Source: a virus (Duplodnaviria; Caudoviricetes). From it: a DNA stretch of 64,000 nt. Of this stretch, positions 10,007-20,032 are shown one piece after another; within the stretch, counting starts at the first letter, position 1, and every line of letters starts with the position of its first letter. Made by a program: the position numbers and the translations under genes. Location of the stretch: IMG/VR virus record IMGVR_UViG_3300025000_000055; one strand, given 5' to 3'. The notes beneath the pieces are model-generated. The model made no database searches and had not been told where the DNA came from. It worked only from the letters and a program-made list of their open reading frames with translations.

Positions 10007-10056
10007 ATTTTAACTACCTCCAATATTTTTTATTTATAATAAAGTTTATTGTATTT

Positions 10057-10473
10057 TTAAATACAACCTAAAATAAAATATTTAAGTTTATAATTCTTAG
10101 GATTTCTAAATATATTAATAATAAATGAACATATAGAATATTTCCTTCCCTTTCTATTTATTCTTTTAAAAGTAAAGATATCTTTATTAGAAAAATCAGG
10201 ATTTTCTCCAAAAATCAGATGTACCTCTTTTAAAAATCTTTTTGACCTTTTCTTTAATAATAAGAATTCTTTACGTGAACAACTAGAACCTAGCACACTC
10301 TTTTTTCTATTGTTCTGTGAAACAATACACTTAGCTATTTTATAAATAAAGTAAAAAGTTCTTTCTTTTAATTTATTAAATACTTCTACTAAACCATTTG
10401 AAAATTTTATTAATACATCTTTAAGATTACTTGTAATTTTATTTAATAGTTCTAAATCAATACCTAATTTCAT
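10057..10473 (-). CDS. Hypothetical basic protein
   Basis: ORF with an AAGGGGG RBS. Confidence 0.55.
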   Translation of the reverse strand: MKLGIDLELLNKITSNLKDVLIKFSNGLVEVFNKLKERTFYFIYKIAKCIVSQNNRKKSVLGSSCSRKEFLLLKKRSKRFLKEVHLIFGENPDFSNKDIFTFKRINRKGRKYSICSFIINIFRNPKNYKLKYFILGCI

Positions 10474-10506
10474 AAATTAACCCCCTTTATAATTTTAATA
10501 TATAAA

Positions 10507-12543
10507 TTATATACGTAGTATATTACTATGATATTCATCTTCAGTTGTCTTAATAGTAGCAATACCCAAACTATCTAATACTCCATGGAATGTAGATAGA
10601 TTATTATTTATAATAGTATTATAATCAATAAAAGGAATAATCCAATCTGGTATCTTAGGTATATTTCTAGGTAAACCTATAACTTTAACTCCTTTCTCTC
10701 TTATTTTCTTATCACTAGCATGATATATATTTTCAATAATTCTCTCATATATTTCGGGTTCGGATTGCTTTATTTTTTCAATAGATTCTTCATCCATATT
10801 AACCTTAATAATATCAATATGTTCAGGTAATTCTATTGTATTATCTGGATAAGCAAAATTCCATGCTAAAACAGCACGAACACCCATTTCTCTTAATGGA
10901 TCTTTATACGCTTCTAATTCCTTTACTGATTTAGGAATTAAGAATTCCTTCTCTCCAGATTGTAATGATAATCTAATCATATTTTCTAATTTTTCTAATT
11001 CTTTTAAAATATTAGATATATTGATTTCTTCAGTTGATAATAAATGCTCTTTAATAAGATTTTTAAAGAATTTTTCTGTTGCCTCTCTTGTCGATGATTT
11101 AACAAAGTCTAAGCCCTTTATATCAATTTTCTCAGGATATAACTCTTCACCCTCCCTTAGTCTAATACTAGCAATATATCTTTTCTTTTTTTGTGTTAAT
11201 ATTAGTCTTGTAAATAAAAATTCATTTTTCATATTTATTTTTGGTCTATATCTTTTAGGTATATTTACATTTTTAGTATATTTTTTTAATGTATCTGTAA
11301 CCATATTAGTTATTATATATGCTAATATATTAATAGAAATAAATTTTAATTCAGTTTTATCTTTATTTATTAATTTATCATTAACATTAATAATATCAAA
11401 TCTAATAAACTTAACCCAATCATCAACTGTTAATATAGTAGAATCAGTATCTGAACCGACTACAATTTTTCTTTTGTCATATTTAAGTCTACGAATTCTA
11501 TTATATGGTGAAAAGTTAAAGAAAACAAACTCTTTATAGTATTCCCATAAGAGTTCTAAATCTTCTTTTATATTTTTGGGTATATTGCTAGGATTTTTAA
11601 AAGTATCAGTATTTTCTATAATATATGATAACATATTTCTTATTTTTCTTAATTTTGAAAACTCAAGTATATTATTTTTATAATAAATTCTATTAATATC
11701 TTTTTGACTTAAGGTCATTAAATAATTTAAAATAACAGAATTATATTCTTCTTTATATTTAAAAAATCTTTTCTTTAAATATTTCATTAATTGTTTTAGA
11801 CTAATATTTTCTAAAAAATTATCATTAAAAATTCTTTTTTCTTTAATTACATTGGATATAAAAAATATACACTCCTCCAAATTATTAAAAGGTGCATTAT
11901 TTCCTAAGAAGGTTTCAAAAGACATTTCAGCAGTACTAATCAATGACTGTCCAACATTTGTCACAGCTGATGCTATATATATATTAAAAAAATTAGATGT
12001 TGGTGCTCCACTTGCTCCGTAAAAGCTATTTGCGTTTACTTTTTCAGAACCTTGTAATCTATCAAATGTACCATATTCATAATCATCTTTAGAATATTTT
12101 TTTAATTGACCCTTATACTCTTTTCTTAATGACATAAAATTTTCTAACATAACTGCGGCGGGGTTTAATGATTCATCTTGATTTTTAAAAAATACTCCAA
12201 ATCCAGCAATTATAGGTTTAGTTTTTTTTATCCAATCATATACTGATATTAAATCTACATTAATAGATTTATGAATATAATTATTATGAATAATAGCTTT
12301 AGGATTAATTATATTTTTATCTATTATATCATCTAAAACATTTGATATCTGTGTATCTGTTAATTCTGGATACATTCTTTTAAATATTTCTATATTATTT
12401 TCTTTCCAATCTTTTATAAATAAACTCTTATTTATTTTAGAAATTATTATCATCTCCTTTAATATAAGTTTTTGATAAAGAATTAATATTTTGTTATTGA
12501 GTTTCTTATTTTTTATTTTAATTGAAAAATGCCTATAGAACAA
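10507..12543 (-). CDS. Family B DNA polymerase, C-terminal subunit (fingers/palm/thumb; phiKZ gp50-like)
   Basis: Motif B KVNANSFYG, motif C GSDTDS, KKRY and KGLDFVKS. The real start is probably near 12453. Confidence 0.9.
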   Translation of the reverse strand: MFYRHFSIKIKNKKLNNKILILYQKLILKEMIIISKINKSLFIKDWKENNIEIFKRMYPELTDTQISNVLDDIIDKNIINPKAIIHNNYIHKSINVDLISVYDWIKKTKPIIAGFGVFFKNQDESLNPAAVMLENFMSLRKEYKGQLKKYSKDDYEYGTFDRLQGSEKVNANSFYGASGAPTSNFFNIYIASAVTNVGQSLISTAEMSFETFLGNNAPFNNLEECIFFISNVIKEKRIFNDNFLENISLKQLMKYLKKRFFKYKEEYNSVILNYLMTLSQKDINRIYYKNNILEFSKLRKIRNMLSYIIENTDTFKNPSNIPKNIKEDLELLWEYYKEFVFFNFSPYNRIRRLKYDKRKIVVGSDTDSTILTVDDWVKFIRFDIINVNDKLINKDKTELKFISINILAYIITNMVTDTLKKYTKNVNIPKRYRPKINMKNEFLFTRLILTQKKKRYIASIRLREGEELYPEKIDIKGLDFVKSSTREATEKFFKNLIKEHLLSTEEINISNILKELEKLENMIRLSLQSGEKEFLIPKSVKELEAYKDPLREMGVRAVLAWNFAYPDNTIELPEHIDIIKVNMDEESIEKIKQSEPEIYERIIENIYHASDKKIREKGVKVIGLPRNIPKIPDWIIPFIDYNTIINNNLSTFHGVLDSLGIATIKTTEDEYHSNILRI
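12484..12495 (-). promoter_or_regulatory. AR9-like late promoter AACA-N6-TA
   Basis: AACA-AAATAT-TA about 30 nt upstream of the RBS of the polymerase C-subunit. Confidence 0.5.
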
Positions 12544-12550
12544 TTAATTA
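12539..12550 (+). promoter_or_regulatory. AR9-like late promoter AACA-N6-TA
   Basis: AACA-ATTAAT-TA upstream of 12561. Confidence 0.55.
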
Positions 12551-12560
12551 AAAAAATGCA

Positions 12561-13034
12561 TTGAAAGGTTGTGTTATTGTGATATTTAATAAAAGTGGAA
12601 AAACAGATACTTCTACTGAAGATTTAAGTCCAGAATCATTATCTTTAATTATTGAGTCTATGATGAAAGATGAGTTAAGTAAAGAAGAATTGGAAGCTTT
12701 CTTAGAAAACTCATCTGAAGTTAATTCGGCTATGGGTGATGACATATTACTTGAAAGAACTATTGTCAGAATGGATAAATATGCAAAATTGAATAGGGCT
12801 CAAAAAATAGCAGTATTTACTATTGCTAAAGAAAAGAAAAACCCTAAATTTAAAAAATTATTAACTATTTGGAGAATTGAAAGATTCCTAGAAAATGAAC
12901 TTATGAAACAATACGGTAATGAAGGTATGCGTCGTGCTAAAGCTAGTTACAATAAAGCACGAACCTCAACTTCTAAGATCGTTAAAACTGTTGCTAATAA
13001 GGTTCATAGTCAGTTTAACAGTGGAATTAAATAA
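12561..13034 (+). CDS. Probable small virion/head protein
   Basis: Late promoter; acidic N-terminus ending in an ILLE putative protease site, followed by a basic C-terminus. Confidence 0.55.
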   Translation: MKGCVIVIFNKSGKTDTSTEDLSPESLSLIIESMMKDELSKEELEAFLENSSEVNSAMGDDILLERTIVRMDKYAKLNRAQKIAVFTIAKEKKNPKFKKLLTIWRIERFLENELMKQYGNEGMRRAKASYNKARTSTSKIVKTVANKVHSQFNSGIK

Positions 13035-13038
13035 TTTA

Positions 13039-13072
13039 AATAATACTAGATGTATATACATCTAGTATTATT
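13039..13072 (+). terminator. Intrinsic terminator
   Basis: AATAATACTAGATGTA-TA-TACATCTAGTATTATT followed by Ts. Confidence 0.7.
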
Positions 13073-13092
13073 TTTCTATGTTCCATCGGTTA

Positions 13093-13105
13093 AAATATAT
13101 ATTAT
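13093..13105 (+). promoter_or_regulatory. Early promoter motif AAATATATATTAT
   Basis: Exact copy upstream of the RNAP beta'-C gene; a late motif (AACA-AATGAA-TA) follows at 13118-13129. Confidence 0.55.
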
Positions 13106-13159
13106 TAATAAGTAAAAAACAAATGAATAACTTATAATAAAGGAGAGGAATGATGTTAA

Positions 13160-16100
13160 TTGGAGAATAACATAAAAGAAATTATCGATCTATTAAGTAA
13201 TAAGGTTTTTGTTATTTCTGATATAATGGAAAGTAAAGAAACCTTTAATGACATATTAGAAACTGTTTATGACTATTTAAAACAAGGTTTCGAAATCAAA
13301 GAATTGAGAACATGTCCAACCTATTTTAAGTTTAAAGAAGAGGGTGAAATCCATGTATTACAATTAAGACATTTTCTTACCAATTTAATGTTTTGGGAAC
13401 CATTAATGAGATTTGATTATTCTGATAAGATAGATGAGACATATATTGTTGATTGTACTAAAATGTCAAGTAAACTAATTAAGAATTATATTGATAATAA
13501 GATAGTTATACCTTATAAAAGAATAATTCCTAATAAGAAAATGAACAAAGTTATTCATGATATGATTTATAATCTATCTAGAATTTCAAGAGATTTTAAT
13601 ATCATATTAGGTTTATCCATGAATCTTGAAACATTTATTGATGTTGCCAAAAGGAACCCAAGATTTAATGAAATTATTAGAACCCAATTGGATGAAGATA
13701 TGCAACCAACTGAAATTGAAGCATATTTAGATAAATTAATGTATGAACAAATGGATATTTTAAAAAATGACGAGGAGGGAAATTTATTAAAACCAATACT
13801 TAAATCAGGTGCTGGTATAAAAAGTAAACAATTGGCGGAGTTTTCAATTTCTTCAGGGTTAAATATTAGCCCCGTATATAGGCGACTATGTGCGTAAACC
13901 TCTTTAATTGCTGGAAAATCTCTCAAACTCTACTATTCTACCAAAAAAATATTAATAAAAGATGGTGTTAATATTGAAATTAGTTAGTGTTGATTACTAT
14001 AAAAAAGAAAGGCAATATACTATTACCTTTTTTAAGAATAAAAATGGATATAAAACAAGAACTAAAAGATTCACTTATTCTGAAAATACCCATGGTCCTT
14101 TTACTAAATTTCTTGCTATGTATACAGCAAAAACAGGTAAGAGATTATACCACTGGTTTGTTACCGATGGTATATATACCTCAGTTTTTATATATAATAA
14201 AACTTATGGTATTAAACGTATGCTAATAGACAATGAATTTATAGATATTGTAAGAAATCATAAAATTAATATAGTAAAAAATAAAACGGGTCAAGATATT
14301 TTTTATGCAATAATAAAAATGAATGGTAGAAATATTCATGTACATCGTCTTATTATGGGTTTAGGAAAATATAATAATGATCCAGTAGATCATATTTTTC
14401 ATGATTCTTTAGACAATAGGAGATTAAATCTACGTATTTGTACACCTAGTATTAATAATAGAAATTCAAGATTACGTGTTGATAATAAAAGTGGTATACA
14501 AGGAGTTTATTTTAGTAAGCATAGAAAAACATATATTGCAGAAGTAAGGGATTTAAATGGTAAAAAAATTAGAAAACACTTTAAAATAAAGCATAATGGT
14601 AGAGAGAAAGCCATTGAATTAGCAAAACAATGGCGTGATGAAATGGTAGAAGAATATTATGAGAGAAAATCAGCAGCGAAGCCTGAATTTCAGGAACGTT
14701 CAACGACTATCAAAAGCATGTTTATTATTAATATAAAAATATAATAAACATAAGCGAGTAGAGTAGGGCTAGAAGCTAATGCTAGTTCGAAACGGGAGGC
14801 ATCTCTATGAGATGATGATATAGTCTATTATCCTAGAGTAATTTAGGGAAGTTCATAAGAGAACTGTATAGGCGTTGCGTCCTATATGAATTAAAAGTAA
14901 AACCGACTCTTAGTGGTAACACTATACCTATACCAATTAATACAAATTATATAGTTGGTGGACTGAGAAATATATCTAATTATTATATTGATTCCCTAAA
15001 CTATATTGGGGCTTCATACAGTGATGTATGTTGAATAACTTCTTTAATTGTCGGGGAAGCTCTTAGAGCTTTTTATTATATAATAAAAAGATTGAGTAAT
15101 CCGCAGCTAAGATTCCTATTAGTTATAGGAATAAAGTTCAACGACTATCCCCCATTGGCTTTGAAATAAGCAATAGGAGTAGGGCTCAAGTGAGTGGGTG
15201 AGAATCCCTTAAATCGAAATAGGAAGCATCTCTATGAGATGAAGATATAGTCTGGTATCCTAATGAAAGTTAGGGAAGTTCATAAGAGAACTGCATAGAT
15301 TAACGACCTATGTGAACTTACGAGGTGGAAGAAAGTCTTTAATTATGAGCAAACTTGAAATGGGTAAATTGAGTTGCCCATGCTTCTTTAATTGTCGGGA
15401 AATCTCTTAGAGCCTAAAACTACCAAATCATAGTAGTGATATTATGGTGGCTTAGTCTAATCAACTAAGGTATGGTAACAAGGTTTTAGGATTGAGTAAT
15501 CCGCAGCTAAGTTATTTTGTTATGTGTGATATTTTTATATAATTAAAAAAATCTAAAAAAGGAGGTGATATAATATGGGAAAAGAAATATGGAATAAAAT
15601 TATTATTGATGATGAAAATACTAAATATAGTATTAGTTCTTATGGAAATATAAGAAATGATATTACAGGATTAATTTTAAAACCATTTAAAAATCATGAT
15701 GACTATCTTGTTATTACATTATACCATAAAGGTAAAAAATATCTTAGAAGAATTAATATTTTAGTGGCTAAAGCTTTTATACCTAATCCTTTAAATAAAC
15801 CTACAGTTAATCATAAAGATGGTATTAAAACTAATAATTATGTTTATAATTTAGAATGGGCTACTTATTCTGAACAAAACATTCATGCATTTAAAATGGG
15901 TTTAATGAAACCAAAAGTTGGAGAACAATCTCATTATAATAAATATCCAGAGACTACAATTCATAAAATATGCAAATTATTAGAAGATGGATATGACCGT
16001 AAGCAAGTATCTGAAAAATTAAATGTACCAAAATCTCTAATAAAACATATTATAGGTGGTGGATCATGGAAACATGTTTCTTCACTATATATAATAGATC

Positions 16101-17713
16101 GTGAAAAGACTAAAACCAAAATATTAACTGGTTCTAAATCATATTATAGTAAATATTCTGAAGAAACTATTCGTGAAATTTGTTATCTATTACAGAAAGG
16201 TAAAAGTAGGAAATATATTAAAAATAAGCTTAATTTACTTAATACGAGGATAATAATAAATATCCAAGAAGGTACAACATGGAAACACATTTCTTCCCAA
16301 TATGTAATAATTTATGTCCCACATCATATCATACACAACAAAATAAAAAGTTCAACGACTATCAAAAACTTATTCACCATTAAAATAAATATTGGTGAAT
16401 AAAGTGAGTAGAGTAGGGCCTAAGTAGGTGGGTGAAATTCCCTTAAATCGAAATAGGAAGCCACCCAAGAGGGTGAAGATATAGTCTGGTACCCTAGTGA
16501 AAACTAGGGAAGTTCATAAAAAGAACTGCGTAGAGTAACGATTTACGTGAACACCAGGAACTCGGGTCATTTTTCGCGTATGGTCATGCTGCTAGTTTCA
16601 AGTATTAATTTATCAAAAACTGTTGAATCATGTAATAGTGTACATCCAATAAAAATTGAATTATCTTCTAAAGAACATTTGATAAGAATGAGAGGTCGAT
16701 ATTATAGAACTATGTATTCTAGAAATTATCAATTGTTAAAAGGAGATGAATATAATTTAATAAATAAAACTATTTTTATTAAATCACCTGCTACATGTGC
16801 ATGTAAAGATGGTATATGTAAAATGTGTTATGGTGACTTATCATATATAAATAAAGATATTACAATAGGTGCATTTGCTGGTACAAAAATTACAGAACCA
16901 GTATCGCAAAATATTTTATCATCTAAACACTTATTAACAACTAAATCACAAAAAATAGAATTCAATGAAGAATTTTATAAGTTTTTTAATATAAGTGGTA
17001 ATGAAATAATTATCAATGCAAGTGAAGAAAATGATGATTTAGATGATTTTAGTTTACTTATAATTAAATCTAATATTAAAACAATTGCTGATTATGATGA
17101 TAATGATATGGAATTTAATGAATATATAAATCTATTTCATGTATATAATAAGAAAACTGGTGAAATGATTGAAATAAAAGAAACTGGGGAAAAAGATTTA
17201 TATATATCACCTGAATTAAGAAAATTATTTAAGAAGAAAAGTAAGAAAGAAGTTTATGAAATTGATTTTAAAACACTTGATGATGACAATAGAATATTTG
17301 TTATTGAAGTAATTAATAATGAGTTAACTAGACCATTATATGATATTATTCGTTTAATCGATAGAGTTGATTATAGAATTATACATTGGGACTGTGTAAC
17401 AATTGACCAAATGTGTCAAAAGATGTTGGATCTATTAATAGAATCAGAGATTAATTCTGATTCTGTTCATGGTGAATTAATTTTAACACCATTGTTAAGG
17501 GATAAAGAAAATATATTAGAAAGACCTAAATTTAATAGATATTTTAATGATGATAGATACCAAATTCTAACAGTTAAAGCTGCTTTAGAAAAACATCCTT
17601 CAGTATTAGTCGGTTTATCATTCCAAGCACTTGATAGACAATTAACAAATCCATTAACATTTAGAAAGAAAGAAAGCTCATTTATTGATCCTTTCTTTAA
17701 AGAAAGACCATAG
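13160..17713 (+). CDS. Non-virion RNA polymerase beta' C-terminal subunit (AR9 gp154-like), spliced from four exons, 665 aa
   Basis: Exons 13160-13859, 14898-14997, 15323-15365 and 16559-17713 join in frame. The product reads SGAGIKSKQ..SGLKPTLSGNTIPIPINTN..YYIDSLGGRKSLIMSKLEMGNSGHFSRM (bridge helix) and has a CAC..ICKMCYG zinc site. Confidence 0.9.
13860..14897 (+). ncRNA. Group I intron 1 of RNAP beta'-C, carrying an endonuclease ORF
   Basis: P1 GGGU|UAAAUAUUAGCCC with a U.G pair; Q AAUCAGCAGC, R GUUCAACGACUA and S GAUAUAGUCU; terminal G at 14897 restores the frame. Confidence 0.88.
13962..14744 (+). CDS. Intron-encoded HNH/AP2 homing endonuclease
   Basis: VHRLIMG..VDHIFHDSLDNRRLNLR (HNH) followed by NKSGIQGVYF..YIAEV (AP2-like). 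Confidence 0.85.
   Translation: MVLILKLVSVDYYKKERQYTITFFKNKNGYKTRTKRFTYSENTHGPFTKFLAMYTAKTGKRLYHWFVTDGIYTSVFIYNKTYGIKRMLIDNEFIDIVRNHKINIVKNKTGQDIFYAIIKMNGRNIHVHRLIMGLGKYNNDPVDHIFHDSLDNRRLNLRICTPSINNRNSRLRVDNKSGIQGVYFSKHRKTYIAEVRDLNGKKIRKHFKIKHNGREKAIELAKQWRDEMVEEYYERKSAAKPEFQERSTTIKSMFIINIKI
14898..14997 (+). CDS. RNAP beta'-C exon 2 (100 nt)
   Basis: Encodes LKPTLSGNTIPIPINTNYIVGGLRNISNYYIDS; missed by the ORF track. Confidence 0.85.
14998..15322 (+). ncRNA. Group I intron 2 of RNAP beta'-C, ORF-less, 325 nt
   Basis: P1 CCCU|...GGGG; core elements AAUCCGCAGC, GUUCAACGACUA and AAGAUAUAGUCU; terminal G at 15322. Confidence 0.88.
15323..15365 (+). CDS. RNAP beta'-C exon 3 (43-nt microexon)
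   Basis: Encodes (L)GGRKSLIMSKLEMG, equivalent to bacterial GARKGLADTALKTA. Confidence 0.85.
15366..16558 (+). ncRNA. Group I intron 3 of RNAP beta'-C, endonuclease ORF in P6
   Basis: P1 UGGGU|...GCCCA; Q, R and S elements present; terminal G at 16558 is followed by AAC TCG GGT (NSG). Confidence 0.88.
15575..16402 (+). CDS. Intron-encoded HNH homing endonuclease (NUMOD4-like N-terminus, two C-terminal repeats)
   Basis: YSISSYGNIRN; VNHKDGIKTNNYVYNLEW; duplicated GxxSxYxKYxExTIxxICxLL..W.HxS units; AAGGAGGTG RBS. Confidence 0.88.
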   Translation: MGKEIWNKIIIDDENTKYSISSYGNIRNDITGLILKPFKNHDDYLVITLYHKGKKYLRRINILVAKAFIPNPLNKPTVNHKDGIKTNNYVYNLEWATYSEQNIHAFKMGLMKPKVGEQSHYNKYPETTIHKICKLLEDGYDRKQVSEKLNVPKSLIKHIIGGGSWKHVSSLYIIDREKTKTKILTGSKSYYSKYSEETIREICYLLQKGKSRKYIKNKLNLLNTRIIINIQEGTTWKHISSQYVIIYVPHHIIHNKIKSSTTIKNLFTIKINIGE

Positions 17714-17878
17714 AATTATTATATTAAAAATGTGGTGATAATATGAATAAAAAAGAATTAATACAAACTGAACAAATATCAGAGCTTTTTAATGTATAAC
17801 CTTCATCTAAAACCCAAATATTATTATTTCATACAGGGGAACCTTTGAGAATGTATATAATAAAATAAAATTTTATTT

Positions 17879-18508
17879 ATGAGAAGGAGTTGTTTTTTAA
17901 TGAAAGGGGATTTTATAAAAGTAAAAGTTGATGAGTACTTAGATATTGAGTATAAAAATACCGATTTAAATGGTAATGAAATTATACCTGATTGTTTCAA
18001 TGTCTTATCTTCAGACACAGTTATTACTACTATTAATTTCCAGGATATAATTGATACGGGGGAAGTTAGAGCTAATATCAATGAATTAGCTTTATTGAAA
18101 ATAGTTGAAATACGTTTAAAAGAAATTCAAAAAAAATCAATTAATTATAATATTGAAGATAAAATTATTACTATATGTATTGAAACAGCAATAAATATTA
18201 TACATGATGTAAAAAAAGTTACAGAATATCCCCCTAAAAACTCAATGAAACAGCGTTTAATAGAATGCTATGAGGATGCTGTTAGAAATAAAATAAAATA
18301 TATTGGGTATGTTATTACTTTAACTACTAATAATATGGATATAGAGTGTAAGATTTCTACAGTAGAAAAGTTTCAGACTAATATACAATATTTAAATAGT
18401 TTTAATAAGGATTTAGTTAAAATGGGTAATAAACATCTTAAAATAACAACATTTTGTTCCGGAAATTCATTTAGTGAAATAGAAGAAAAAATAAATAAAT
18501 TTAAATAA
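17879..18508 (+). CDS. Hypothetical protein with a degenerate Tad1-like N-terminal domain
   Basis: TTINFQ..NINELALLKIVEIRLKEIQ resembles Tad1 TIKFQ..[19 protein letters not shown] (recalled). The real start is likely ATG at 17900. Confidence 0.5.
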   Translation: MRRSCFLMKGDFIKVKVDEYLDIEYKNTDLNGNEIIPDCFNVLSSDTVITTINFQDIIDTGEVRANINELALLKIVEIRLKEIQKKSINYNIEDKIITICIETAINIIHDVKKVTEYPPKNSMKQRLIECYEDAVRNKIKYIGYVITLTTNNMDIECKISTVEKFQTNIQYLNSFNKDLVKMGNKHLKITTFCSGNSFSEIEEKINKFK

Positions 18509-18510
18509 GG

Positions 18511-18963
18511 ATGAATATATTAATGAATGGTTCTATTAAAAAAGAAACTTTTACTTTAAAATTAGCAAGAGAAATTGGAAAACCTGATAAAAATAATGTA
18601 CTTATTAGTGAAGAAATTTGGATTAATTCTTTAAACGGATATATTAAAGAATTAATAGAAAAAAATAGTTTTTTCATTACTTTAGGTAAAGAAGAACCAT
18701 TTCATGTTGATTTGTTAAAAGCTGTTGCTAGAATAAAAGAAATAAATGATAAATATGCTGTTATTGAATTAATTAAAAATTCTAATAGTATTAAGAATTT
18801 AATTGAAACTATTGGAATTGATAATTTGAGGTTAAATTTTAACACTTATTTTAAATATGAAGAAAAAAGTAATTTAAAAGTTGTAACTGAACTTAAATTA
18901 GGAACTTTTTATATAGATTATATGAATGGTGGTCCAAGCCAAAAAATAAGAGGAGATGTATAA
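18511..18963 (+). CDS. Hypothetical protein
   Basis: 150-aa ORF translationally coupled to both neighbours. Confidence 0.65.
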   Translation: MNILMNGSIKKETFTLKLAREIGKPDKNNVLISEEIWINSLNGYIKELIEKNSFFITLGKEEPFHVDLLKAVARIKEINDKYAVIELIKNSNSIKNLIETIGIDNLRLNFNTYFKYEEKSNLKVVTELKLGTFYIDYMNGGPSQKIRGDV

Positions 18964-19951
18964 TATGAAAAAACCACATCTTTCTGTACAATATAAAAAA
19001 GATTTAGGTTGTGTTTTACCAAATAAATTTGATATTATATCAAAAGTTGGTAATTATGATGATGTAAAAGTTATTAATACTATTAAATTTCAGGAAGGTT
19101 CTGTTGAGGAATTTGGAATTAATGGTGTTACTGAAGAGAGTTTATTATCTGTATTAATGATAAGATTTGAAGAACTTCAAAAAAGTCCTCTTTCTTGTGA
19201 AAAATATCAATTATCATTAGAATTAGTAAATACATTATTACAATTATTAACAAAAACAGATGAAAATTATCTAGTTCAAAATAATATAAGTAAAACAATT
19301 CTAAATCTTTTACTTGAAAAAAGAAAAGAAATTAAAGAAGAAATATTAACTAGAAAAATAACTCCAAAACAGAGACTACTTAATCTTATTGATGATGCTA
19401 TTAAATTAAATAAAAAACTTATTTCTATTTGTTATAGTTATAAGGAAGATAGTTCTTCTATTAAATCTAATAATAATACTAAATATATAGTAAATCATAC
19501 TACTAGAGTTTATGATATGATAGAATTTATATTAACTTCTTTTAATGATGAATTAAAGAATAAAATAAATTTTAACGAAAAAATAATTAGTTTTTGTTAC
19601 AGTGAACCTCAGTATTCAAAACATATTGAAGAATTACTGTTATCTAATCTATATAAAGTTGATAAAATACCTAAAAATTGTTTACTTAGTTGTATGAATG
19701 AAGTATTCAATAATGGATTTAAAAATAAATGTTTTGATTATTTAAAAAGAGATGAAAAAGGTTTGATACATCATATTAGAATTATGGGTGAAAAAGTTTA
19801 TCTAAGAGAATTAGAATATATTACCCTTTGCTATGATGATGAATTGAATAATATCTTTTTTAAAGATATTATGATTTTTGGTTTTTATTCAAATCAATAC
19901 AGTAATTTTAATGACGTTATAGAAATAATGAAAAAAAGTAGATTTTATTAA
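18956..19951 (+). CDS. Hypothetical protein with a Tad1-like N-terminal domain and an unknown C-terminal domain
   Basis: NTIKFQEGSVEEFGINGVTEESLLSVLMIRFEELQKSPLSC matches the recalled Tad1 core pattern. Confidence 0.6.
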   Translation: MYNMKKPHLSVQYKKDLGCVLPNKFDIISKVGNYDDVKVINTIKFQEGSVEEFGINGVTEESLLSVLMIRFEELQKSPLSCEKYQLSLELVNTLLQLLTKTDENYLVQNNISKTILNLLLEKRKEIKEEILTRKITPKQRLLNLIDDAIKLNKKLISICYSYKEDSSSIKSNNNTKYIVNHTTRVYDMIEFILTSFNDELKNKINFNEKIISFCYSEPQYSKHIEELLLSNLYKVDKIPKNCLLSCMNEVFNNGFKNKCFDYLKRDEKGLIHHIRIMGEKVYLRELEYITLCYDDELNNIFFKDIMIFGFYSNQYSNFNDVIEIMKKSRFY

Positions 19952-20032
19952 AATAATTATGTATTAATAAGTCATAGTTTATAGTATGTAAGTTATAATA
20001 TAAACTATGACTTATTTTTTTATAAAGAATTT

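Noticed and set aside
4884-12745. Track ORFs 4884-5072, 7954-8412, 11021-11539 and 12548-12745
   Set aside because: Antisense shadows of well-supported genes, without an RBS or motifs.
13567-18081. Track ORFs 13567-13926, 13987-14226 and 17824-18081
   Set aside because: Antisense or alternate-frame overlaps of the RNAP, endonuclease and Tad1-like genes.
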